Positions 35,379 through 43,884 of a stretch of 64,000 bases of DNA are shown in pieces; within the stretch, counting starts at the first letter, position 1; every line of letters starts with the position of its first letter. Below the pieces are notes generated by a model. The model searched no databases. It was given only the letters and a program-made list of their open reading frames with translations, and was not told the origin of the DNA. A program made the position numbers and the translations under genes. The DNA lies in the NCBI GenBank assembly GCA_903873475.1, contig CAIQON010000208.1, positions 628 through 64,627 of the forward strand. Direction: 5' to 3'. This stretch comes from an uncultured bacterium. Lineage in GTDB: Bacteria > Pseudomonadota > Gammaproteobacteria > Burkholderiales > CAIKXV01.

Positions 35379-36096
35379 CGGCAGCCCGCTTGCGCGGCGC
35401 GGCCCTGGCCGCGACCTTCGCAGGCGCTCCGGTCTTGCCGGCAGTGGCACCCGCCTTGCGCGCGGGCCCGGCCGCGTTGCGCTTCGGCTTAGCCGGTGCG
35501 GCTTCGGGAGCCAGGATGCGCCGGCCGATCCAGCGCAGGCATTCCTGCCAGTCTTTCTGGAAGCCGGCCCCGGTCGCGGCCCGGCCGGTCACCAGCAGCG
35601 TGATCTGCGGGAAGGCGATCGGATAGGTCGCCAGCGACAGGATCGCGAGCTGCAGCATCCGGTGGTCGACATCGCCGGGCAGGCTGCCGTCGGCCTGCAA
35701 CTGCTGCAGGGCCTTGCCATAGTCGGCAATACGCTTCTGCCGACCCGCACGCCCGGGCACCCGGCGGGCCTGCCCGCTGGCCGCCTCCCAGGTCAGGAAG
35801 CGGATGTAGTCGAGGTCGTCCACCCGCTTCGCGAAGCGCTCGGCGATCAGGTCGCGCGGGTCGTCCGGCATCGGCTCTTCCCAGGTCATGCCCGGGCGGA
35901 AACGCAGGTCGTGCACTTCACGGAACAGCGCTTCCTTGCTGCCGAAGTGGTGGTTGATCAGCTGCTTGCTCACGCCGGCGCGGCGCGCCACGCCGGCGGT
36001 GGTCGCGCCGTCGAAGCCCTTCTCGCAGAACTCCTCGGCGGCCGCCGCAAGCACGGCCTCCCGGGTTCTCGCACTGTCCCTGATCTTGCCCATCAT
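35365..36096 (-). CDS. TetR/AcrR-family transcriptional regulator with basic Ala/Lys/Pro-rich C-terminal tail (243 aa)
   Basis: ORF 35365..36168. Tandem ATGs at 36096/36093 (MMGKIRDSARTRE...). HTH FCEKGFDGATTAGVARRAGVSKQLINHHFGSKEALF. The last ~50 aa are APEAAPAKPKRNAAGPARKAGATAGKTGAPAKVAARAAPRKRAAATPA. Confidence 0.85.
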   Translation of the reverse strand: MMGKIRDSARTREAVLAAAAEEFCEKGFDGATTAGVARRAGVSKQLINHHFGSKEALFREVHDLRFRPGMTWEEPMPDDPRDLIAERFAKRVDDLDYIRFLTWEAASGQARRVPGRAGRQKRIADYGKALQQLQADGSLPGDVDHRMLQLAILSLATYPIAFPQITLLVTGRAATGAGFQKDWQECLRWIGRRILAPEAAPAKPKRNAAGPARKAGATAGKTGAPAKVAARAAPRKRAAATPA

Positions 36097-36140
36097 GGGG
36101 CGCAGGTTAGCGCAAGTCGGGGCCTGCGCCAAACATCCGC

Positions 36141-36173
36141 TAACTTGACGGCAGTAAAGTAGCCGCATACGAT
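36141..36173 (+). promoter_or_regulatory. sigma70-like promoter (TTGACG-N17-TACGAT) with embedded imperfect palindrome TAACTTGACGGCAGTAAAGT
   Basis: -35 element at 36145-36150 and -10 element at 36168-36173, about 70 nt upstream of the thiolase operon (36243) and 45 nt from the divergent tetR start. 18 of 20 positions match the site at 34223-34242. Confidence 0.45.
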
Positions 36174-36242
36174 CGGCCGATCGGAGCCTCGAGAGGCGCC
36201 TGCCAGGCGCCCCGGCCCGGAGGAGACACGGATGGGACCCGG

Positions 36243-37403
36243 ATGACCGAAACCGCGCAGGCCATGCGTGACAGGACTGCCGTCAGCGGCGTCGGACTGC
36301 TGCTCGGCAAGTACCCGGAGCGAACCTCGCTGTCGCTGGCGGTCGAGGCCTACGACATCGCGCTCGCCGATGCCGGCCTTGAACGCAAGGATGTCGACGG
36401 CATCATCCAGCTGTCCTACGGCTACGACTACGACCGCTTCCTCGAGGCGGTCGGTGCCGACGTGCGCTACGCCTACCAGGGATGGAGCCACGGCCGCTTC
36501 GTCGCGCCGATGCTGCAGCATGCCGCGATGGCCGTGGCCACCGGCATGGCGAAGGCGGTGGCGATCGTGCACGGCCGCCGCAGCAAGGCCTACGGACAGA
36601 CCGCCGACCACGAGATGTGGCGGCAGGGCCTGGGTCCGCACGGCGAGTCGCCAGCCTATGGCGCGCTCGGCCCGGCCTTCGGCGCGGCGATCGCCGCGCA
36701 GCGCTACTTCCACCTGTACGGCGGCAGCAACGAAGACCTCGCGCCGATCGCGATGGCCTTCCGCAAGCATGCCCAGCTCAACCCGATCGCGGTACGCAAG
36801 GACCCGATGAGCCGCGACGACTACCTGAAGTCGCGCTGGATCATCGAGCCACTGCGGCTGTTCGACTGCTGCCAGAACAACGATGGCGGCGCCTGCATCA
36901 TCGTCACCTCGGCCGAGCGCGCGCGCGACCTGCGCAAGCCGCCGGTCTACATATCCGGCATGCAGGGCGTGCACGCCGGACGGCAGCTGCACAACCTCAC
37001 GCTGCCGGGGCTGGGCGTCGCGCAGCAGGATGTCTTCCCCTACCGGCCGACCCGCGAAGACCTCTACGCGTACGAGATGGCTGGCGTCACGCAGAAGGAC
37101 ATCGACGCGCTGATCACCTACGACGCGTTCTCTCCGCTGGTGCTGTTCGCGCTGGAGCGCTTCGGCTTCTGCGGCCCGGGCGAGGCGCGCGAGTTCGTGA
37201 AGGACGGCCGCATCGAACTCGGTGGCGAACTTCCGATCAACACCGGTGGTGGCCTGCTGTCCGAGGGCCACATGATCGGCTGGAACCTGTTCATCGAAGC
37301 GGTGCGCCAGCTGCGCCACGAATGCGGCGAGCGGCAGGTGAAGGACGCGCAGGTGATCCAGTACGGCAGCTTCCTCGGCGAATCGGTGATCTTCCGGAGA
37401 TGA
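36243..37403 (+). CDS. thiolase-like (SCP-x / lipid-transfer type) protein (386 aa)
   Basis: ORF 36243..37403. DCCQNNDGGACIIV, TYDAFSPLV, NTGGGLLSEGHMIGWN. Paired with the downstream DUF35 gene. Confidence 0.85.
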   Translation: MTETAQAMRDRTAVSGVGLLLGKYPERTSLSLAVEAYDIALADAGLERKDVDGIIQLSYGYDYDRFLEAVGADVRYAYQGWSHGRFVAPMLQHAAMAVATGMAKAVAIVHGRRSKAYGQTADHEMWRQGLGPHGESPAYGALGPAFGAAIAAQRYFHLYGGSNEDLAPIAMAFRKHAQLNPIAVRKDPMSRDDYLKSRWIIEPLRLFDCCQNNDGGACIIVTSAERARDLRKPPVYISGMQGVHAGRQLHNLTLPGLGVAQQDVFPYRPTREDLYAYEMAGVTQKDIDALITYDAFSPLVLFALERFGFCGPGEAREFVKDGRIELGGELPINTGGGLLSEGHMIGWNLFIEAVRQLRHECGERQVKDAQVIQYGSFLGESVIFRR

Positions 37404-37849
37404 GCATGAAGCCCGCATACAAGATGCTCGACGAGCAGACCGGCCGCTACCTGCCGTTCGTCTACCCCGAGGAACTGCCGTTCTGGGAAGCCGCGCGCCG
37501 CCGTGAGCTGGTGCTGCAGCGCTGCGGCGGCTGCGGCCGCGCCTGGTACCCGATCGGCCCCGCCTGCCCGCACTGCTTCTCGACGAAGTGGGACTGGAGC
37601 CGGATGAGCGGCCGCGGCACCCTGCACAACTACGTCGTCTATCACAAGGCCTGGACGCCGTACTTCGAGAGCCGGGTGCCGTACGCGGTGGTCCAGGTCG
37701 AGCTCGAGGAGGGGCCCCGCCTCACCACGAACCTGCTCGGCTGCGCGTTGTCCGACATCCGCATCGGGATGCCGGTCGAGGTCGATTACGAAGAGATCCC
37801 CGGCGACATCACGCTGGTACAGTTCCGCCCGGCGAAGGAGCAGGCATGA
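37400..37849 (+). CDS. DUF35 Zn-ribbon/OB-fold protein (149 aa)
   Basis: The ATG at 37400 overlaps the thiolase stop (ATGA). Zn ribbon CGGCGRAWYPIGPACPHC, then OB-fold YAVVQVELEEGPRLTTNL. Confidence 0.8.
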   Translation: MSMKPAYKMLDEQTGRYLPFVYPEELPFWEAARRRELVLQRCGGCGRAWYPIGPACPHCFSTKWDWSRMSGRGTLHNYVVYHKAWTPYFESRVPYAVVQVELEEGPRLTTNLLGCALSDIRIGMPVEVDYEEIPGDITLVQFRPAKEQA

Positions 37850-38871
37850 GCAGCACGGCAGGCAGTGGTCCACTCCTCGACGCGGACTCCCCCGAGACCG
37901 TCCGCCTGACCCCGGAGGAAGCGAGCGCGATCGGCATCAAGGCGCTCGGGCGCATCGGCTACGAGCCGGCCGACGCAAAGATCATCGTCGACCAGCTGGT
38001 CGACAACTCGCTGTGCGGCTACCGCTTCGCCGGCCTGCCGCGCATCATGGCAATCGCCGGCGACGAGAAGGCGCGCCACGGCCGCAAGCCGATCACCACC
38101 GTGCGCGAGACGCCGGTGTCGGCGCTGCTCGATGGCGGCAACGAGATCGGCTACATCGTCGCCTACCGCGCGGCCGAGGTCGCGATCGCCAAGGCGCGCA
38201 CCAGCGGCATCGCCTGCGTGGGTGCGTACAACAGCTACTACAGCGGCCGCAACGCCTACTTCGTCGAGAAGGTCGCGCGCGAAGGCCTGGTCGCGATCCA
38301 CATCGCGAGCGCCAAGCCGCGCGTGCTGCCGGTCGGCGGTGCGCGCCCGGCGCTCGGTACCAACCCGCTCTGCTTCGGCTTCCCGTCGAAGGAAGGCCCG
38401 GTGATCTTCGACATGGGCACGGCCGCGCTGATGTGGGGCGACGTGCTGCTGCATGCGCACCTCGGGCAGCCGCTGCCCGAAGGCATCGGCTTCGATGCCG
38501 ATGGACGCGCGACCACCGACGCGCGCGAGACCCTCAAGGGCGGTGTGGTGCCGTTCGGCGGCCACAAGGGTTACGGCCTGTCGTTCGCGGTCCAGGCGAT
38601 GGGCCTGCTGGCCGGCGCGACGTTCGCGCGCGGCGAGGTGCAGGACTACGGCTTCCTGTTCTGGGTGGTCGACCCGGCCATCATGTTCACCGAACCGGAC
38701 TTCGAGACGCAGATGTCGGAACTGGTGCGAAAGATCAAGGCCACGCCGAAGCAACCCGGGGTCGACGAGATCCGCATCCCGTCCGAGCGTGCCCGCCGCG
38801 AGCGCGAGCGGCGCCGGGTCGAAGGCATCGTCGTCGAGCGCAAGGTCATCGAGGCGCTCGAGGCGCTGTGA
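37846..38871 (+). CDS. Ldh_2 family (malate/L-lactate/ureidoglycolate-type) oxidoreductase (341 aa)
   Basis: The ATG at 37846 overlaps the upstream stop (ATGA). ALGTNPLCFGFP, PFGGHKGYGLSF. Confidence 0.85.
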   Translation: MSSTAGSGPLLDADSPETVRLTPEEASAIGIKALGRIGYEPADAKIIVDQLVDNSLCGYRFAGLPRIMAIAGDEKARHGRKPITTVRETPVSALLDGGNEIGYIVAYRAAEVAIAKARTSGIACVGAYNSYYSGRNAYFVEKVAREGLVAIHIASAKPRVLPVGGARPALGTNPLCFGFPSKEGPVIFDMGTAALMWGDVLLHAHLGQPLPEGIGFDADGRATTDARETLKGGVVPFGGHKGYGLSFAVQAMGLLAGATFARGEVQDYGFLFWVVDPAIMFTEPDFETQMSELVRKIKATPKQPGVDEIRIPSERARRERERRRVEGIVVERKVIEALEAL

Positions 38872-38899
38872 GCGCGCCGCTCCAGTCCCGGTCACGCTC

Positions 38900-41317
38900 G
38901 TGAGCGGCTCCGCCCGGAGTGCGGGGCCGCTGGCCGGCCTGCGCGTGATGGACGTGAGCATCATGGCCGCCGGCCCGTGGACCGGCGCGCTGCTCGGCAT
39001 GCTCGGCGCCGAGGTGATCAAGGTCGAGCCGCCGGCCGGCGACGGCACGCGCTGGGTGATGCCGACCCAGCGCGGGATGGGCACCAACTACCTGTCGATG
39101 AACGTGAACAAGAAGGGCGTGGTCATCGACCTGAAGACGCCCGAGGGCCGGGCGCAGGGCATGGAGCTGCTCGGCACCTGCGACGTGTTCGTGCAGAACT
39201 TCCGCGGCGGCGTGATCGAGCGCCTGGGCTTCGGCTATGACGCGGTGCGCGCGGCCAACCCGCGTCTGGTCTACTGCGCGATCTCCGGCTTCGGCGAGAC
39301 CGGGCCGCTGGCGAAGGCCGGCTGCGCCGATCCGATCATGCAGGCGTTCTCCGGCTTCGCGCGCGCCAACGGCGCACCGGGCGATCCGGTCGAGGCCTTC
39401 CGCTTCACCGGCTTCCTCGACCTCACGACCGCCTCGGTGGCGACGATGTCGATCCTCGCGGCCCTGCTGGATCGCGACCGCACCGGCCTGGGCCAGAAGG
39501 TCGAGGTATCGATGCTCGAGGCCGCGCTCGAGATCCAGGGTACGCGCCTCGCCGAACTGCTGGGTGCCGGTCTGCGCCCCGCGCCGATGGGCAGTGCGAA
39601 CCCGTCGTTCGCGCCCGACCGGGCCTACGCAACCCTCGACCATGAACTGTTCGTGTCGGTGCAGCGCCCGGCCGCGTGGAGCGCGTTCTGCAAGGCGATC
39701 GGCCAGGACGCGCTCGCCGGCGACCCGCGCTTCGCGGACAACGCGGCCCGGGTCGCCCATCGCGACGCGCTCGACGCGCTGCTCGAACCGGTGCTGCGCG
39801 GCCGGCCCGCGATCTGGTGGCTGCGCGTGCTGCAGCGCGCCGGCGTGCCGTGCGGGCTGGCGCATTTCTTCGAGACGTTCCGTCATCACGCGCAGGTCGT
39901 CGCCAACGGCATGATTGCCGAAGTCGATACCGGCGACTGGGGCGTGCTGTCGGTCGCCGGGCCGCCGTGGCACTTCTCCGAAACGCCGGCGCGGGTGACG
40001 CGGGCACCGAAGCCCGGGGAGCACATGGACGAGGTCTTCGGTCCGGATGCAGTGGCGGCAGCGGTGCCGGTGGCCCCGACGGCCGGTGCCGGCGCACCCG
40101 ATGAAGCGCCGCTGCCGCTCGCAGGCATGCAGGTGGTCGAACTGGCCGAGGGCATTGCCGGTCCGCTCGCCGGGCTGCGCCTGGTCGAACTCGGTGCCAC
40201 GGTGACGCGGGTCGAATGGCCCGGCGGCGACTACCTGCGAGCCGCGCAGCCCCAGGTGCCGGCAGCCGGCTGCAGCGCGCTCTTCAGCGACCTGAACCGC
40301 GGCAAGGCACTGGTGCGGCTGAGCGGCGTTCCGGATGCGGACCGGGCAACAGTAGCGGGGCTGCTGGCCGCGAGCGACGTGGCCGTATTCGATGGCAACG
40401 ACCCGCGCCTCACCGGGCTCGGCCTGGACTGTCTCGTCGCGCAGGTTCAGCCACCCCTGCTGCCGCGGCTGGTGCGCGCGAGCGTGTCCGCGTTCGGCCG
40501 GCAGGGCCCGCTGGCCGCGCTGCCGGGCTCTGAACTCGTCGCGCAGGCGATGGCCGGCTACACCCGCTACCTGGGACAGCATGGCGGGCCGGCACGCCGC
40601 CTCGGCGCAGATGTCGCATCGGTCGGCACCGGGCTGTTCCTGGCACAGGGGATCCTGGCCGCGCTGCTCGAACGCAGCCGCAGCGGCTACGGTCAGCGGG
40701 TCGACGTGTCGCTGCTCAATTCGCTGGTGTCGATGAAGAGCATCCACCTCGCCGCGCAGACCGATCCCGACGTCTATGCAGGCCCGAGGGTCGGCGGTGC
40801 GAACTATCCCCCGGAACGCGGCTGGGCGACCGCCGACGAACCGATCTTCTTTGCGTTCGGAGGTTCGGTCGGTGCCGAAGGCCGGGCCGGCTGGTCCGAC
40901 TTCGTCACCGAGCTCGGCTGCGGCTGGATGCGCGAAGACCCGCGCTTCGACCGCAACGGCCGCAACTCCACCGGCCATGGCGTCGACGTGAATGCACTGC
41001 GCCCGCTGTATGAGGCGGTGTTCCGGCACCATCGGGCGGCCGACCTGGTCGCGCTGATCCGCAAGCACAGCGGCAATGCTGCGGTGTACCAGCGCGCCGA
41101 CGAGACGATCGCGCATCCGCAGGTCGCCAGCCTGGGCCTGCTGCGCGAGGCCGGGTCCACGCACGAGCAGGTGCAGGCGGGTAAGCAGGTGCGTGCTCAG
41201 GTGGGTGCACAGGTGGGTACACAGGTTCGTTCATTCCCCGCGCGCTTCTCGCGATTGCGGCCGGCGGTACCGGGCTGGACAATCGCCGATGCCGGAACCT
41301 CCGGCGATCTTCCCTGA
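38900..41317 (+). CDS. tandem fusion of two family III (CaiB/BaiF) CoA-transferase domains (805 aa)
   Basis: In-frame GTG at 38900 of ORF 38453..41317. Domain 1: LAGLRVMDVSIMAAGPWTGALLGMLGAEVIKVE ... QNFRGGV ... FLDLTTASVATMSILAALLDR. Then an Ala/Pro linker. Domain 2: LAGMQVVELAEGIAGPLAGLRLVELGATVTRVE ... VASVGTGLFLAQGILAALLER. Confidence 0.8.
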   Translation: MSGSARSAGPLAGLRVMDVSIMAAGPWTGALLGMLGAEVIKVEPPAGDGTRWVMPTQRGMGTNYLSMNVNKKGVVIDLKTPEGRAQGMELLGTCDVFVQNFRGGVIERLGFGYDAVRAANPRLVYCAISGFGETGPLAKAGCADPIMQAFSGFARANGAPGDPVEAFRFTGFLDLTTASVATMSILAALLDRDRTGLGQKVEVSMLEAALEIQGTRLAELLGAGLRPAPMGSANPSFAPDRAYATLDHELFVSVQRPAAWSAFCKAIGQDALAGDPRFADNAARVAHRDALDALLEPVLRGRPAIWWLRVLQRAGVPCGLAHFFETFRHHAQVVANGMIAEVDTGDWGVLSVAGPPWHFSETPARVTRAPKPGEHMDEVFGPDAVAAAVPVAPTAGAGAPDEAPLPLAGMQVVELAEGIAGPLAGLRLVELGATVTRVEWPGGDYLRAAQPQVPAAGCSALFSDLNRGKALVRLSGVPDADRATVAGLLAASDVAVFDGNDPRLTGLGLDCLVAQVQPPLLPRLVRASVSAFGRQGPLAALPGSELVAQAMAGYTRYLGQHGGPARRLGADVASVGTGLFLAQGILAALLERSRSGYGQRVDVSLLNSLVSMKSIHLAAQTDPDVYAGPRVGGANYPPERGWATADEPIFFAFGGSVGAEGRAGWSDFVTELGCGWMREDPRFDRNGRNSTGHGVDVNALRPLYEAVFRHHRAADLVALIRKHSGNAAVYQRADETIAHPQVASLGLLREAGSTHEQVQAGKQVRAQVGAQVGTQVRSFPARFSRLRPAVPGWTIADAGTSGDLP
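41168..41233 (+). repeat. in-frame 12-nt tandem repeat (CAGGTGGGTRCA-like, 5 units) inside the CoA-transferase fusion
   Basis: cag gtg cag gcg ggt aag / cag gtg cgt gct / cag gtg ggt gca / cag gtg ggt aca / cag gtt cgt tca. This encodes QVQAGK-QVRA-QVGA-QVGT-QVRS and uses A/T-ending codons that are unusual for this genome. Confidence 0.75.
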
Positions 41318-41330
41318 AAGGTACACCCCG

Positions 41331-41885
41331 ATGAGCGGTCCCGACCTGCCCGCCCGGCTGCTGCCGGTTGCCGATCCCGCCGCGAGCGTCGATGCCGACC
41401 TGCTCTCGCGCATCCAGGCGCAGCGCGGCCGCGTCTCCGCCCTGTACGGGACGCTGCTGCACAGCCCGCCGATCGCGGACGGCTGGCTGCATTTCCTCAC
41501 CGCCGTACGCCGCGAGTCCACCCTCCCGGCGGCCTTGCGCGAGATGGTCATCCTGCGCGTGGCGGTGCTCAATGGCGCGCCCTACGAGTTCGAGGCGCAC
41601 CGCCACCATGCCGAGCAGGCTGGGCTGAGCCACGCGCAGATCGACGCGCTGGCGAGCGGCGCGGTGCAGGGCCACTTCGATGCGACCGCGATGGCGGTGA
41701 TCGCCTACACCGATGCGATGACGCGCAACATCGACGTACCCGACCCTGTCTACGCGGCCGTGCGCGACGCGTTCGGCGACCGTGAACTGGTCGAGCTGAC
41801 AGCCACCGTCGGTGCATACAACCTGGTGTCGCGCTTCCTCGTGGCACTGCGCGTCGGCGCCAGGGGTGCGAAGCCCGCCGCATGA
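41331..41885 (+). CDS. carboxymuconolactone decarboxylase (AhpD-like) family protein (184 aa)
   Basis: Internal ATG at 41331 of ORF 41076..41885. LREMVILRVAVLNGAPYEFEAHRHHA and AYTDAMT are typical of the CMD family. Confidence 0.8.
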   Translation: MSGPDLPARLLPVADPAASVDADLLSRIQAQRGRVSALYGTLLHSPPIADGWLHFLTAVRRESTLPAALREMVILRVAVLNGAPYEFEAHRHHAEQAGLSHAQIDALASGAVQGHFDATAMAVIAYTDAMTRNIDVPDPVYAAVRDAFGDRELVELTATVGAYNLVSRFLVALRVGARGAKPAA

Positions 41886-42733
41886 AGGTCATCGACGCCC
41901 AGGTGCATGTCTGGGGTGCCGACACGCCCGCGCGTCCGTGGCCCGGCGGCGGCAACCCGAAGCCGCACCGGGCAGAGCCCTGGACCGCTGCCGAGCTGGT
42001 CGCCGCGATGGATGCAGCCGGCGTCGACGCCGCGGTGATCGTGCCGCCGGGCTGGGAAGGCGAGCGCAACGACCTCGCGCTGGCGGCGGCAGCCGACTAC
42101 CCCGGCCGGTTCGCAGTGATGGGCCGGTTCGATCCGCTGCTGGGCAACCCCTTCGAAGCGTTCAAACACTGGCGCGACCAGCCGGGCATGCTCGGCGTGC
42201 GCTTCACGTTCCATTCGGCGCGTGGCGGCGCGCTGCTGCTGGAGCCGGCGATGGCAGACGTATGGGCCGCGGCGGAACGACATGCGATACCGCTGATGAT
42301 CCGGGCGCTGCCGCCGATGCTGCCGGTGGTCGCCGACGTCGCCAGCCGTCATCCAGGCCTGCAGCTGGCGCTCGACCACCTGGCCATCCCGCAGGGCGCA
42401 ACCGATGCCGCCGCGTTCGCGCACCTGCCGGGCCTGCTGGCACTGGCTCGCCATCCGAATATCGCGGTGAAGGCCACCTGCATGCCGGCCTACGCGGCCG
42501 ACCCTTTCCCGCATCGCGGCCTGCACGAGCCGCTGCGCGCGATCATCGACGCCTATGGTGCCGAGCGCGTTTTCTGGGGTTCGGATGTCTCGCGCCTGCC
42601 GGGCAGCTACCGCGACAGCGTGCTGCAGTGGACGATGCACATGCCGTGGCTCGACCGCGCGTCCGTCGAGGCTATCATGGGCGGCGCACTGTCCCGGTGG
42701 CTCCGATGGCCGGGGCATGCCAGCGCCCGCTGA
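41882..42733 (+). CDS. amidohydrolase_2 family metal-dependent hydrolase/decarboxylase (283 aa)
   Basis: ORF 41882..42733. The ATG overlaps the upstream stop (ATGA). N-terminal VIDAQVHVW metal motif and C-terminal FWGSD. Confidence 0.85.
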   Translation: MKVIDAQVHVWGADTPARPWPGGGNPKPHRAEPWTAAELVAAMDAAGVDAAVIVPPGWEGERNDLALAAAADYPGRFAVMGRFDPLLGNPFEAFKHWRDQPGMLGVRFTFHSARGGALLLEPAMADVWAAAERHAIPLMIRALPPMLPVVADVASRHPGLQLALDHLAIPQGATDAAAFAHLPGLLALARHPNIAVKATCMPAYAADPFPHRGLHEPLRAIIDAYGAERVFWGSDVSRLPGSYRDSVLQWTMHMPWLDRASVEAIMGGALSRWLRWPGHASAR

Positions 42734-42776
42734 TCCACAATACCGACCTGTCCGCACGACATCGCAGAGGCTAGAG

Positions 42777-43637
42777 ATGATCACTGTCACCCCCAGCGGC
42801 GCCGCACTGGGCGCACGCATCACCGGCGTAGATCTTTCGAAACCGGTCGACCCGGCGACCTTCAAGGCCATCGAAGATGCGCTGCACGAACATGAAGTGA
42901 TCGTGTTCCCGGAACAGAGGCTGACCCCCGAGCAGCACATCTCGTTCAGCCGGCAGTTCGGCGAGCTCGAAGAGCACCTGCGCCAGGACCGCTGCCGCCC
43001 CGGTTATCCCGAGCTTTTCGTGGTCTCGAACATCATCGAGAACGGCAAGCCGATCGGCAGCACCGACGCCGGCTTCTTCTGGCATTCCGATCTCTGCTAT
43101 GCGGCCGAACCCAGCCGGGGCTCGCTGTTCTACGCGCACGAGATCCCGATGCAGGATGGGCAGCCGAAGGGCGACACCCTGTTCGCCAGCATGACCACCG
43201 CCTACGACGCGCTGCCGGACGAGACGAAGCGTACGCTGCACGAGCGCAAGGCGGTCAATTCGTACTTTGCCGGATACACCCGTGAGCGTAATGGCGCGCC
43301 GCGCGCGGCCCTGACCGCCGAGCAGCGGGCGAAGGTGCCTGACATGCTGCACCCGGCGGTGCGCACCCATCCCGCAACGGGCAGGAAGTGCCTGTTCGTC
43401 TGCGAAGCCTACACGACCGAACTCGTCGGGCTCGAAGCGCAGGAGAGCAGCACCGTGCTCGAGCAGTTGTTCGAGCACCTGAAGGAAGACCGCTTCGTCT
43501 ATCGTCACCGCTGGGCACCGGGCGACTTCCTGATCTGGGACAACTGCGCGACCCAGCATCGCGCCGTGATCGACTACGAGCTGCCGCTGCGGCGCCGGAT
43601 GGAACGCACCACGCTGCGCGGCGCGGCGCCGTTCTAG
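42777..43637 (+). CDS. TauD/TfdA-family Fe(II)/2-oxoglutarate dioxygenase (286 aa)
   Basis: Internal ATG at 42777 of ORF 42555..43637. FWHSDLCY (HxD), WDNCATQHRA (distal His/Arg). Confidence 0.85.
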   Translation: MITVTPSGAALGARITGVDLSKPVDPATFKAIEDALHEHEVIVFPEQRLTPEQHISFSRQFGELEEHLRQDRCRPGYPELFVVSNIIENGKPIGSTDAGFFWHSDLCYAAEPSRGSLFYAHEIPMQDGQPKGDTLFASMTTAYDALPDETKRTLHERKAVNSYFAGYTRERNGAPRAALTAEQRAKVPDMLHPAVRTHPATGRKCLFVCEAYTTELVGLEAQESSTVLEQLFEHLKEDRFVYRHRWAPGDFLIWDNCATQHRAVIDYELPLRRRMERTTLRGAAPF

Positions 43638-43866
43638 CGCCGGGCGCTGTCCGGCGCCGAGGTCCGGTCCGGGCAGGCGTCTCGGGGTTGCACTCGCCCC
43701 GGACGGCAAGGGAGCCTCGCCGTGGAACATGGCGCCTCCCCGTCTGTTGCAGAAAAGCCTCCCCGGCATGTCTGGTGCGGTGGCTGGCGACATGCTGGCC
43801 ATCTCCTAGGGAGAGCGCGCGCTTTTCACGCCATTCCAACGATCGGCATCATCGTTTTCATCCGTA

Positions 43867-43884
43867 TGTCAGCTTTTGTTGACA
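43867..43884. promoter_or_regulatory. PpsR/CrtJ-type palindrome TGT-N12-ACA (TGTCAGCTTTTGTTGACA) overlapping a TTGACA -35-like hexamer
   Basis: Perfect TGT(43867-69)-N12-ACA(43882-84), 140 nt upstream of pucB. TTGACA at 43879-43884. An imperfect second site CGT-N12-ACA is at 43893-43910. Confidence 0.5.
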
